Part shown: in pieces, positions 23,618-36,444 of the stretch
Numbering within the stretch: the first letter of the stretch is position 1
Layout of the letters: every line of letters starts with the position of its first letter
Assembly: GCA_021613535.1 (NCBI GenBank)
Contig: CP075496.1
Location: forward strand, 8,618,001 to 8,682,000
Direction: 5' to 3'
From: Adineta vaga
Lineage: Eukaryota > Animalia > Rotifera
Length of the DNA stretch: 64,000 nucleotides
Position numbers and translations under genes: made by a program
Notes under the pieces: generated by a model
The model's input: only the letters and a program-made list of their open reading frames with translations
The model's database searches: none
What the model was told of the DNA's origin: nothing

Positions 23618-25022
23618 ATATGGAAAGAGCAATAAGAGATTTATTTTATCTTTTATGTCGAATACAAATAACAACATCGTTTGTAATGAAGATCCCTAAA
23701 TTTGATGCATTCAATTCTATCAATCAAGCAATCGAATCACAAGAAGATATAGCAATTAACGGTAATTATCTTCGAATAGCAAAGTTCGATATATTACTAT
23801 TCTCTTTGAAGGATCTATAACTATTCAATCGACAAACATATCATCTAGTCCGTCAATCTATCAATCAACAACTTCAACAGGTACGTATATCTAATATGTG
23901 ATTGTTTAGAAAATGATCACATTCAGAAGAGTAAAAAAAGTAACCAATATTGGGTATGTTGACAGACTGAGATTGAGATAGAGATAGATTCGTGTAAAAA
24001 AAGCCATCCTACACAATTCGCTGGATTATTTTAGAAACAACTGATACAGATATATGGTCCGAATTCAAGAAACATTTACCAATAGTCATTGCAATCGTGT
24101 GTGGTTCAGCTATTTTTGTTATTTTGATATTATGTATCTGTTGCTACTGTCGAAGAAGACGACGAATACCATATCGTATGTATTTACTGTTGTAGAAAAC
24201 CAATTGATTATATTTATTAAAGAGAATCTAAATTAGAACGATATCTTATCTCTTTTCTTTTCTGTTTCTAAAGCTTTGGAATCAAGTTCCGCAAGACATA
24301 CTGAAGAGGATATAGAATTATCAACTTTTTCCAGCAGAATATCTAGAAAAAAGCCATACAAACGATTGAAAACCATTCCTCAGTGTTCATATATGAAATT
24401 AGCGAAAGAATTCGTTGATTCGCTTGGTTGGGAGAATATTGTCTTCGATAATACCTATGATAAATGTTATTGTATAAGATGCTATCCTGCTTCATTGAAG
24501 GATGTATCGATAGCAGGTAATGCACAATATGTTATTCCTCGTGGTTGGACACGCATTGGTCTTCATGTTGATTCTGTAATCAGTCAACAACAGAATATTT
24601 GGGAAGAATGGGTTGTGACTTTTCATGGAACTACTATAGAAGCAGCAAAATTAATACTTGATCATCGTCAGTTCTGTTTGCCAGGAGATACATTGATGGA
24701 TGGAACTGTACTAGGAATTCGTGATGGACATATTCCAGATAAAAAACATATTTATACTTCACCAACAATTGCATATTCAAGTTTGCCTTACTATAGTAAA
24801 ACATATGATTTTTATTCATCAGATACGTTTCAGAATTATGGAGTTCAAATTGTTCTTCAATGTCGACAAAAAGCAAATTCATTTCAGGTACAAGGTGAAA
24901 CTGTTGGAGCTGGCATCAAACGTTTGTGTCCACATACACCGAATGATGAAATCGAATATTTCACAGAAATAAGACAATCAATTATTATTTACGGATTGCT
25001 TCTAAAATTGATCAGAAAATGA
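23618..25022 (+). CDS. Single-pass membrane protein with cytoplasmic NEURL4-C-terminal-like (PARP-fold) ADP-ribosyltransferase domain; 5' end unresolved
   Basis: Phase-compatible exons 23618-23761, 23812-23880 (S/T stalk), 24035-24175 (TM + CCYCRRRRR) and 24274-25022 (CYCIRC, YVIPRGW, FHGT, IYTSPTIAYS, ETVG, EIEYFT). Confidence 0.75.
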
Positions 25023-25407
25023 TTGAACTTGATACATAGTGTTTAGAAAGTCATTAGAAGATACGATTTGTTCAAAACAACTAACATAAACCTACCATTT
25101 ACAGATTATTAATTTTTTTTTCATATAAATTTCTATTCGAAAATTCTCTATTCACATCTGTTTCATTGTACTATTTTTCGAAAGAGACGACAAAATCAAG
25201 TCATTATAAAACATAAGCGAACGAAAAAAGTAATGTAAATCGACTCTTATTCATATTTATTACTTACCTATTAGATTGCTATGTACATAAAACTATGATA
25301 ATATTCTATCGAAGGTCATCACGTGTTAGTTAATTATATTTTCCTTTTAAACATATATACATGAAAGCAGAAAAATATATTCATATCAACGATTATTTAG
25401 AGGCAAG

Positions 25408-28400
25408 ATGCAGCCATCGAATCATTATGTTTATTTACGACAAAATCAGACAATCTGTGACACACAATGGAGTGAACAAAATTTCAAATATCTATTGAAT
25501 CGTTCAGCACGAAAATTACGATATAAACATAAACGTACAAATGAATATGTTAATAAATTGAATAAAACTCTCACTTATTTAAATCAAATACCTTTCGATA
25601 TCTTAGTTACAATATCTTCACATGAATTTTATATTACAATTCGAAATCTTATTCGTGATCTTCTCTATGATTGGTATATATCTTTTCAATTAACTCAAGA
25701 TGAAATCGATCTTCTTCAAAATTGTATTCTTTTTTTCAAAGATCTTGTGAACAGTATTTCTAATGTAAGTAAATTAACATCATGGTTAATTGATCCATCA
25801 TTAATTGATTCGATTGTTGAATGTATGCGTCATATCGATCAATTACTTTTAAAGGATACAAACAAACAAATATTTAAACAATTGACACGTCTTTTCAATA
25901 TGTTTAGTATCTATTATGAACGTTTACCTTTAAATGCCGAAGATAAAGATGAATTTTATCGATTATTTGATGCAACAATAGATTGTTTAGTATCATCAAA
26001 TTATGAACGAGCTTTTAGAAAATTAAAACCTCATACTAAATCAATGACGAGAGAACAAACATTTTTTCTTATTCAATGTCCATCATTTTTAACTTCCTAT
26101 CGTGGTAAATATTCGCCTTTTTTTAATCGTCTTTCGATTCTTCTTTTCTTTCTCCTAGGTTTACAATCAAAGAAAATTATCGATCAATTATTAGGTACAA
26201 TGATACCGCGATACGCTTCATTACTTGATAAACATATTCAATCGATCAAAGAATGGAAATCTTCAATGATTCATGTAGTTCATCATCTTCTATTAACAGT
26301 AGTTCATGTTCGAGGTTATTATACACCTTATGCTAATGGTCAACCATTACAATGGTTAATTGATCATATTACTCATATTATCAATGAATCAACTTTTATT
26401 CAAAAAATAAATAAAAAATCCAGCAATCCGGAAACTTTATTAATTCATTCAGCTCTTCGTACATTAACGATATTTGTTCATGAACCTGATCTTCTTATTT
26501 ATATAAAACAATTGAAAATGACTTCAATCTTTCGTTCATTAATTCTTGTATCAAATGAATCGATTGTTTTACATGCATATGTCATGTTATCGTATACATT
26601 AGATGAAGATGATATCAAAGCATCAGAAAAAGATTCTGGTCGTTTACTTTCACAAATCTTTGATTCATTACGAAAGAAAATTCAATCACTTTCCCGTATC
26701 GATAAAAATGAGGAAACAACTGATCGAAATATTTCATTACTTATGGAATCAATTCAAGGTAAATTTTATCATTGTTTGAATTTATGACTATGTTTTATTT
26801 TCTTATTTCACAAGCTCTTGTTCAACATGATCAAATAAAAAGTGAAATTTTAAAACAAAATGCTTTACCGTTACGTCAATCATTGTCAACAATTAAATGA
26901 TCGATCAAAACGTTTAGTACTCGAATCACTTGGTTCAATTACATTCGATAAAGAAGCAGCGAGAGTATTGCGTAATAATGAACAATTTATCAAATCTATT
27001 GAAGATATGCAAAAAACGAAAGATGACGGAATTAAAAAAGCAGCAGAAAAGATCCTATGGAATCTTGTTAAAGGTAGAAATGGATCATTCAAAATAATTA
27101 AAGAATGATATCTTTGATTTTTTCATTTAGAATCTGAGAGGGAAAAGAAAGCAAAAGAGGAGAAAACAATTGAATCTAATGATAAAAAAGAAGAGCAACC
27201 AAATAAAGTTGAATATCAACATGATATTATGATTTCATATTGTCATGCAGACAAAGAACTTGTTTATCGAATTCATAAATTTTTAGCTGATAAAGGTTTT
27301 AAAATTTGGGTCGATCGAGATAATATTTATGGACCAGGTAAATCAAATTCAATAGTTATCTTCTTCGCCTTTGAAAAACAAATTCTTCAATTTCAATTGT
27401 AGCAATGCAAGCCATGGCTGATGCAGTTGAAAATACCGAATTCGTGATTCTATGTATGTCTGATTCATATAAACGTAGTGTTTATTGTCAGGCAGAAGCG
27501 GAATATGCATTTCGATGTAAACGACGTTTAATACCGATTATTGTCCGACAAGGTTATCGTGCTGATGGATGGTTAGGTTTAGTTATTGGCAGTCGAATCT
27601 ATGTTGATTTTGGTCGAATGGAATTTAAAAAAGCATGTGAATTAGTATTGAAAGAAATAACTTTACAACGAGAAAATCGATTGAATACTTTGGAAAAAAC
27701 GAATGAAAATATTACAAATGTTAATGAGAAACATTCAGAAGAAGTAGTTAGTAAAATAATCGAGCAATCACAATTACCGGATATTTATATGAAACGTAAT
27801 ATGAAGAAAACAATGTATCGTACAATAGCAATAAATCAATGGACAAGAAAAGATGTTTTAGACTTTTTATATGATAAAAATCTTTATGATATGATGCCTA
27901 TATGTGAATTATTGAATGGAAATGGTTTAGTGAAATTATTTCAAATATGTCAAACAAAACCAAGTCAATTATATAGTCAAATAAATGATGAATTAACTTT
28001 ACGATTTAAATGTTTACATTTACCAATCGGAATTTTTACACAATTTCTTAGTGAAATGGATCGATTAATCGATTCATCAACTGTCAAGGCTATTGAACAC
28101 GGTGCACTTCATTCGAATTCATCATCATCTTCATCAACACCAACTTCATCAATGAGCAAACATTCAAATGAAACATCAAGTTCGAAATCATCATTACATT
28201 CCACGAAAATATCGTCCATTCAAGTTAATCCTCTACCATCTTCTGCACAAACCTCATCACCGGATTTAAAAACAACTCATCGAAAAGAATCACTTATCAC
28301 TGCAGCAACAAATATTCCTGTCCGATCAACTCAAGATAGAATAGCTACCCATTCAAAACGAAAAGAACTAACTCCTATCAATGCTAACATTCTCCGATTA

Positions 28401-28412
28401 AACATATATTAA
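25408..28412 (+). CDS. ARM-like helical repeat + TIR + SAM-like domain protein (multi-exon)
   Basis: Helical repeats ending AAEKILWNL. TIR: DIMISYCHADK..KIWVDRD..AVENTEFVILCMSDSYKRSVYCQAEAEYA..IPII. SAM-like: QWTRKDVLDFL..LNGNGL. Ser-rich tail. Confidence 0.85.
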
Positions 28413-28702
28413 GGTTAAAAGAACAGAAAGAAATCATGCATAAACTAATCTTTAATAACTTATCTGTATACTTCGAGTGCATGTGAGTTAAAGCTAATCG
28501 ACGCAATATTGTTTTTTTTCCAAAATAGTTGATATCATACTCGATCATCAATCAATAGAAATAGTTTACGACACAAAATTAGAATATTTCTAAAGAAATG
28601 ATTATTCGTCATTTAAGAACATATATAAGTAATCCCTTGAAGTGAAATTTATTTATCAAGTATATTACAGAGAAGAAAAAAAAGATGATAGGAATCAATT
28701 TA

Positions 28703-28992
28703 TTAGTTTGGATAAATAGTTGGTTCTAAAACAGCACCACCAGGTAATATAATACTACCTGCAGGAGCATGAATTGTCGTTGCTGGGCCAAAATGAACTG
28801 TACCAGGAAAGTTATTTGGATCTACTGGTGGTAAATTAGTACCCATTGTATATACAGCACCTGAACCAGGAACAACACCTGCAGGAGCTAAATATATCAT
28901 CATCCAAATCTATGTATGCAAAGGAATTATTTCTTACTTTGACCAAAACCACCGGGAACTCCAGTAAAAGCATTTCCAGCATTATAAGCCAT
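28703..28992 (-). CDS. Small Gly/Pro-rich protein (~80 aa); 2 exons
   Basis: MAYNAGNAFTGVPGGFGQ/TPAGVVPGSGAVY...EPTIYPN*; 50-nt GT-AG intron 28888-28937. Confidence 0.65.
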
Positions 28993-29428
28993 CTTTATTC
29001 TTGTTAAATTTTGCTTTGAATAGAAAAACGAATATATACGTAAATAATAATTATTCTCATAGATTGCTCGTACTTTAAATAGTCATATATCATTCATTCG
29101 TTATGCATCAATAGACAAAATCTAAAGAAAATATTTTTATCCATTAAATATCATTAATGATAACATTACACTCGTGTAAAAACATTTTATTTTCAAGGAT
29201 ATTCAGTATTTTTCTTTCTCATTATGCAATTTCGGATGACTTCATCGATATGTCGTAATTTATAAATGTATGAAAATAAATCAACAAAAACAACAATATG
29301 ATCATTGAGTAGAAGAAAAATCTATCGAATATTCGAAAGAAAATAATTATTAGAAAATAATTTTACAATTTTTTCATAGAAATGAAAAACAGCGACATTA
29401 ATACATATACAAAAACAAAAATAAGATT

Positions 29429-32400
29429 TTATTGTTGTGTTAATCGTCGTTTGATATCTTCTAATTCATTTTGTAAACTCAACGCCATTTTTCTCATTTC
29501 ATTATACGTACGAGTACCTGATTCTTCAATTGCATCACGAATTTCTTCTGTTTTTCGAACTAAACGTGTATTTTCTTCTTCATTGAATAGACTATCATCA
29601 CGTGTAGTATCATGATGATAAAAATATCCCGTTTCAGTATGAACTTGTTCGAATACTCCAACTGCTGGTGCTGATGAGGAAGATATTGATTGAGGTAAGA
29701 TTAGACCATCACGTCGTGTTAACGTTGTTAACGAAGAAAGATACGTTGGATTAAGATTATGTGGAATATTGATTGGATGTGAACGAATTTCAAGTTTACG
29801 TAAATGATATTTCAATGGAATAAGATTTAATTTCTCCCAGAAACTCATAAATCGAACATTTCGACTTAATTGTCGGATAATTGTGCCAACAGTTTCACAA
29901 AAACCACCTAATCGTGATTGAAATCCTAAAACAACTCCAATACGTGCACGTAAATGTTCACGTTTAGCATTTAAACGATATTCTTTTACATCAGCAACAG
30001 CTAAACCACCCTAAAAACAAACATAAAAATTCTTCATTACAATAGATCAATTCTTTTCTTTTTTTTACCATAATATTCATCATAACAATAAACATGGTGA
30101 ATATGTATGCACTATAAAGTATCAAAGCACCTTCGGCACCTGGCATTAATTTATTATCGGGAAAAAATGTTCCACCCATATCATATTCACCGATAAACAT
30201 CACTAATAATTTTGGTATAAAATTAAAAAATCGAAACTGTTCCATAATATCTTTACAGAGCATATAAAATGCTAGGATATATCCAATCCAAATCATAAAA
30301 TAAACCGCAATAAATTTTAGAAATGTTACAAATACTGTTATGAATAATAGACCATGTTTACCAAATTTAATTCCATTCATTACAACTAATAATAAAGATG
30401 TCCAAACTGATAGTAAACCAATTCCACCAGCCATCCATTGAGGAGAACAACGAATACCTGTTTGACGTGTACATTCATTTACATCAACTGAATAGATAAT
30501 CGCACTGACCTAAAATAATAAAATAGTGTTTTCCAATTGAACAAAAAAAAAGAAGATAGAACATCATTGTGTTTTGTAAAGAAATACTTACATACATATG
30601 TAATTCAATTAGATTAATATAAAATCGTCGAAAATACTTTTCTCTCTGTGTTAAAACTTGAAATAATTCTTTCAATAGCGCAAAACCTGATAGAATCAGT
30701 AGAATTAATCTCAATGCACGTAATGCTGAATTATCAGTTGCTGGATTTTTTGGATCATTAGCTAATGTAAGACATAAATCATAACATGAATAATTTACCA
30801 TTTGATAATAATTTGTTCCTTGATCGGATGGTGTTGGTGAACCTAATGCAATACCGGTGTAAAGTGCAACATACGTTGATTGACAACAAAGAATAAGTAA
30901 ATAGAGAAAATTTCCAAATAAATTAAATTTTAAATCGACACACAAACGAACTAGACGATGATCATAGACATCTTTATAATCAGCTTTAGCAATCAAAGCT
31001 AAAATAACATCGAAAATTCAATTAAAATGAATAAACTTCTCAATTCTTACTTAATGGATGTTGTTGAAGCCAATTATCTGTCGAAAAATGTTTTGTTCGT
31101 CCAAATATACATCGAGTTTTTGTTGGACGAGCATATAAACAATCATCAACAATAGATAAATCAATTCCTCGATCACTAACAAATTGTTCTAATATAAGTG
31201 GTACTAATGGAACACATTCAGGTGTTGTTAACATACGTTGTATAGGTGTTTGATAGAAAGGTGATGCATTGTTTTGTACAAATGGTTCATTATAATGTTT
31301 TAAAAATTGTTTATATTGATGACGAAAATTATATTGTTCAATTGGAATACGAACACTAATGAATAATCGAACGATATCTTTCTTCTTCAATAAAATTGCA
31401 TATTCCAACTAGGAAAATAAGAAAAGACAAAGAAACGTTTTCTTCACAATTTGTAAACTTCAACTTAACAAATCGTTCTATATTAGTACGTATTTCTCTC
31501 TTTCTAAAAGTAAACAACATCATGTTGTTACTTAGTCATCGAACAACAAGAAAAACTATTTGATTAATTTCAATTATCCCGTACAATTCGATATACTTTT
31601 TTTATAATAATTGATATTACTTTTTTTTTCCTACTTGATCGTCTAGAAAATTCACCTTACCAAATTAAAATATCGACCATTAACATTGACTAATAAATGA
31701 ATAATGTAAGCAAAACGTTTGGGTTGTGTGACAAAAAATGTTAAAATATCTAGTTGTTCTTGGTCAATAGCATTTTTCATTGAAACAGCGTCAATTAATT
31801 CTCGCATATCAATGTTTGCTTCTAACCAAGAAGATAAAACGATATGTTTAACACATTTCAATTGACCTTTTTCTATTGCTATATCAAATGGAGTTTTACC
31901 CAAACGATTTCTTTCTTTTATTCGACGTAATGCCTAAACAAAATGTCGTAATAAAAAAGAATCAAATCTTTCACAAAACAAAATCTTTACCGTTATTCTA
32001 TCACTTGTTGAATTCAATCGTTTAGATAAAGCAATAGCTCGATGTAAAACTACATCATTACAATGTTCACAAGCATAATGAAATACACTTGAATCATTAT
32101 TATCACTAGCAACAATTGATCGTGGATCTGATTCCATTAATAAAGTTGCTGTTGATGTTGAACCAGCTTCAATTGCTGTTAATAATGGTGTTTGTCCTTT
32201 AGTATTCATTAGCATACTTGCCTGAGATGTTTCACTAATCAGTAGACGCATGATTTCATCATGACCAAGACGAGCAGCAAGATGAAGAAGTGTTTGACCA
32301 CGTATATCTTTGTGTTCATTTGCTACCATTTGAATCATTTGATTATCAACAACGGATAGATAAGCATTATTTTGAAATGAATTTCGTCTGGTTGGAAGAG

Positions 32401-32803
32401 AAATTGCTCCTGGTGGTGGTGCTTGAATGACTAAAAGATCTGATTTACGTGCTGATGGACGAAATGAATTTGAATAATTTGTTGTCGTATGTAATGAATG
32501 TCTTGAATGACGTTTACGAATGATTTGTGGAGCAAAACGATAGTTTTCTCTAGCTGATGCATTATCATCAAAATCGATTTCATCGTCACTTAAATCATCT
32601 GGAATATTGATTGATGATGGTCCAGCTTGTAAACGTAAAACTCGATTGTATAGTGAAGGATTAAGTGATGGTGATCGTGATTGTTTCGGATGTGTATTCG
32701 ATGTAACTGATGAATAAGTTGATTTTAATGATGGTGATTTATCTCCATTATCACTCGTATTTTGTAAATCAAATACAAATGTTTGAGGTACAATTAAACT
32801 CAT
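29429..32803 (-). CDS. Second TRPA-like ankyrin-repeat channel (multi-exon)
   Basis: Ankyrin repeats GQTLLHLAA, GQTPLLTA and GKTPFDIA. Then HRLVRLCVDLKF, TM segments, MFIGEYD pore, FIVMMNIM/GGLAVAD and a C-terminal coiled coil. Confidence 0.85.
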
Positions 32804-33382
32804 TGTACTAATCGTATAAAATTTCTTCTATGATTGTTTACAAAAGATGCACACGTTTTATCAAACAAATCATAACGTGTAACGTTTCGATTGTGTTTCA
32901 CGTATTTCTATTGAGCAACGTAGGTGAGAAAAGTGTCTATGAAGAACGAAAAAGAAAAAACGAGCAAACCTTGACGAATATTGTTTCATACCATTAAATA
33001 GGTGTAAATGATATAAAAACAAAAAATATGTACGATGAAAAGATCGATTGACCAAATCACGCTTTTTCTTTTTTTTTTCTTCTTCGTTTTAGTATTATTT
33101 ACTTTTTTCCAATTAATTATTCATCATTGATAACAATACAAGAAAAAGTACGAAGAGGATCATAATCGCGCTTTCGATATTCGAAGATATATATATATAT
33201 AGCTTTCGGTACTGATTTAACTATTAAATTTCTCGTTTTCGTTTCGAACATATAAAGTAATTAGAATCAAGAGAAAATAATTTATCATTTCGTTTCGGTT
33301 CATTAATTTTTTTTTCAAATGCTCGCACCTGTTGTTTGATGGACTTCATTTGTTTTTTACGAACTACATATAAAATAGATTT

Positions 33383-34345
33383 TTATTTGCATAAGCAAAG
33401 ACAATTTTTTTTCATACATAGCAACAATTTCATTAGTATATCTTTAAATTCATGACGAAAAGATTTCGACATGAAAACATAGATCCAAAACGAAAGAGAA
33501 TTGTTAAGATATAAAAGAAATGATCGAGTAATATAAATCATTAATGTATGCCAAGGTTTATATACAATGTCACCTGAATCAAGTTGAAGAATTGTTGTAT
33601 AGAAAACAAATAATGTAAATGGAAATGTCAATGAAATATAAACGAAAATTTCAATTAATAATATTCGAATATAATCTCGATCACGTTTTCTTGTTGGATT
33701 TAAATTTGCTCTCAATTGTTGTGGTTGAACACGAGTACGAACCTCGTGTAAATTATTTAATATTAAAACACCACAAATAATCATCATCAATGGAGGAAGA
33801 AAACCGGCAAATATTAAAAGATAAATAGAATAAATTAATGCATGAAGCTTCACAATCATTTCACATCGTCCATTTTCAATAGATATCAATATTGGAATAA
33901 ATAAACATACGAGAATCCAAAAACTAATGACAAAAGCAATGCATCGAATTGTTATTCCATATTGAGTAAAATTTTTCAGGAAACGATGTTGAACACTTGT
34001 AGAAATATAACGATGAATACAAAGTAAAATAATAAATGTTCGTAATATTTGATAAAATGTATGTCGCAAATAAAATTGTATTTTACATATAATGATATAT
34101 GTTGTTAAAAGATCGGGATAATACAATGCATAGATAAATGGTATAGTACCTAAATTTAAACAGAAGAAATGACAAATTGTCATGGATAGAATATACAATG
34201 AACTGGAATTTCGACGATGAGTTGGTCGTGTAAATATGATTAGATTGAAAATTAAACCGATATTACCAAAGATCCAATATGTTGTCATTCCATATTGTGT
34301 TAAGGCATCCGCGATAAGATCAGTACTAGATTGGTTTGTATTCAT
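33383..34345 (-). CDS. Rhodopsin-like orphan GPCR (cluster 2)
   Basis: 320 aa 7TM; FGNIGLIFN, CIHRY, FWIYVFMSKSFRHEF. Confidence 0.9.
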   Translation of the reverse strand: MNTNQSSTDLIADALTQYGMTTYWIFGNIGLIFNLIIFTRPTHRRNSSSLYILSMTICHFFCLNLGTIPFIYALYYPDLLTTYIIICKIQFYLRHTFYQILRTFIILLCIHRYISTSVQHRFLKNFTQYGITIRCIAFVISFWILVCLFIPILISIENGRCEMIVKLHALIYSIYLLIFAGFLPPLMMIICGVLILNNLHEVRTRVQPQQLRANLNPTRKRDRDYIRILLIEIFVYISLTFPFTLFVFYTTILQLDSGDIVYKPWHTLMIYITRSFLLYLNNSLSFWIYVFMSKSFRHEFKDILMKLLLCMKKNCLCLCK

Positions 34346-35026
34346 AATTGTTTTGTAAGGAAATGAAAGTATGATAAGATAGTCTTTGTGTTAATGAGAG
34401 AGAAGAAAAAAGGTTCTTTTGAAGAGTCTCAGTAATTGTAAATGTCTTTTCAAGTGAATAGTAGCAGTATTCATAATTAGCGGATTCTCAAAAGAAAACT
34501 ACTGAACATACTGTGAAAATGAGCTAATATAAAATTTCGAAGAACTTAACCCTTTAATGTCAAGCACTTGAAAACCATGATTTCAATAGAAGATAGTTGT
34601 TGAAAGTAAGGCATGGATATATATATATATATTTAGGTCAAATCTAATTTAAAATAGAATAATCTGTCTGGTTTTCCTTTGGAAATAAATTATTTTTAAG
34701 TAAGATGGTTTTCTTTCTCATTTCATTTCGTTATTCAAAAACATAAAATTTATTTATAGAGAAAATGTACTCATTGAACTATGTATTGATCTTACATTTC
34801 CTAGTGATTTCCTTTTAAGATATACATTATAATGAGTAGTTTCAAGTCAGCAGGAAAAATATAATGATGATGATGCATTTTTCCACTATAAATTTTAATG
34901 AAAGTTTTTTTTTCGAGATTTTATTTTATTTTTCTTCTATAAACAACAGAAGAAAATACTATTGAATCAAAATAAAATTCTCACACTTTTCTAACGTTTT
35001 CAAGATTGTTGTTCAATCTACTTATC

Positions 35027-35721
35027 TTAAGTTTTTCTACTAAACAAAGACATACAGGCGTTCCGTATAAGATTTTTCACTGTACAACGAATTGATTGTG
35101 ATGCAATAAAGAAAATCCAAAATAGTAATCTATTATTAAGACAGAGTAAAGATGCACGTGCTATATGAGTGAGAAACATTTCTCGATCATGTTTTCGAAC
35201 AATTTTCATTGATGTTGCTGTTAATGAAATGATTCATTAATAATCTTACAAATGTAATCATTATTTTTCATATGGTATTACACTGGAACACGTGTTGTAT
35301 AAATGGAAAAGATACAAGCATTAGTAAGACCAAATATATCACAAATATTATTTTCAATAGATTGTAAAGCCGAAGGAAAAAGACTGAATAGAAGCCAAAA
35401 TATAATTACACAAGGAATAGTTCGAACAGCTATTTGATATCGACTAAAACAAGTAAAAAATGCTCGTTTATTAAATGCTGCATAACGATTCATACCTGCA
35501 ATAATAATAAATGTACGCATAATTTGACCGGAAAAATATCGAAAAATACTTATATATGCTTTACAATAAAATAACGAACTTATTGATGGATCTGTATTAT
35601 ACGAGGAATAGATGATCATATTAAGGATTGATCCAATATCATCAAATATTAAATAATTTATCGTATCATATCGTGTTAAGATTGTTTGAAGAGGAGCTGA
35701 TTGAAAGAAGAATGATGACAT
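35027..35721 (-). pseudogene. Degraded GPCR paralog of 33383-34345
   Basis: Fragments QIMRTFIIIAGMNRY and LNNRLLFWIFFIASQSIR, with deletions and a stop between them. Confidence 0.75.
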
Positions 35722-36444
35722 GATTAGAGTGAGAGATATTTACGATAGTTCGTTAATTCCAACATATTTATACTAACTCTCTTTAATTTATTAACTTTAT
35801 ATGGATTACGACTAATTAAATTTCATGTTTAGAACAGAAGAAAGCTGAAAGCATTATAATCTTTTAGCTTTTCCTTTCTTACTTTAAAACGATATTTTCT
35901 TACATCAAACTAATGATTACAACATATAATAGAGTATGAAAAGTAGACACATTCTTCTCCTTTCATATCCTTCAATGATATTTTTAGTCTTGTATTTAAT
36001 TTGATACATTTATTTCAAAAATGACTTATTTTGAAACAAAATTTTTGTCACTCGTAGCGAAGTTTCAAAGAACTGTTGCTTTATTCGCACTTTATGGGAA
36101 ATATTTTCATTATGAAGTCAAATAGTAGGTAATAATTCAAAGAATTAGATATCATATGAGAGAACAAACAATCTTTCGAATACTCGATTAACTCAAAGAG
36201 AAAGTGATATACCATATGACCCGTTAAATGCAAGATTATTAGTGTTATCATTTGAATTTCTATTCTCTTATAACATTGGAAGATAGAAATAGACTTTGAC
36301 GATGTGTTCAATATATATTGGCATGCTAAACCGTGTGAAACTACTTTTTATTGTAAGTAATCGAGAACTTGACTTAGTTTCTGAAGAAATCCATTGTTCC
36401 AAATAAAAAAAACAGTTTAATTATCGAACCATGAGTGTATTTTG

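Noticed and set aside
23818-23820. Premature stop ending ORF 23560-23820
   Set aside because: It is removed by splicing: an intron at 23762-23811 shifts the reading into the Ser/Thr-stalk frame.
15989-28412. Bacterial operon or contaminant contig
   Set aside because: Most of these genes have spliceosomal introns, long intergenic gaps and eukaryote-specific domains (MLLE, CCCH).
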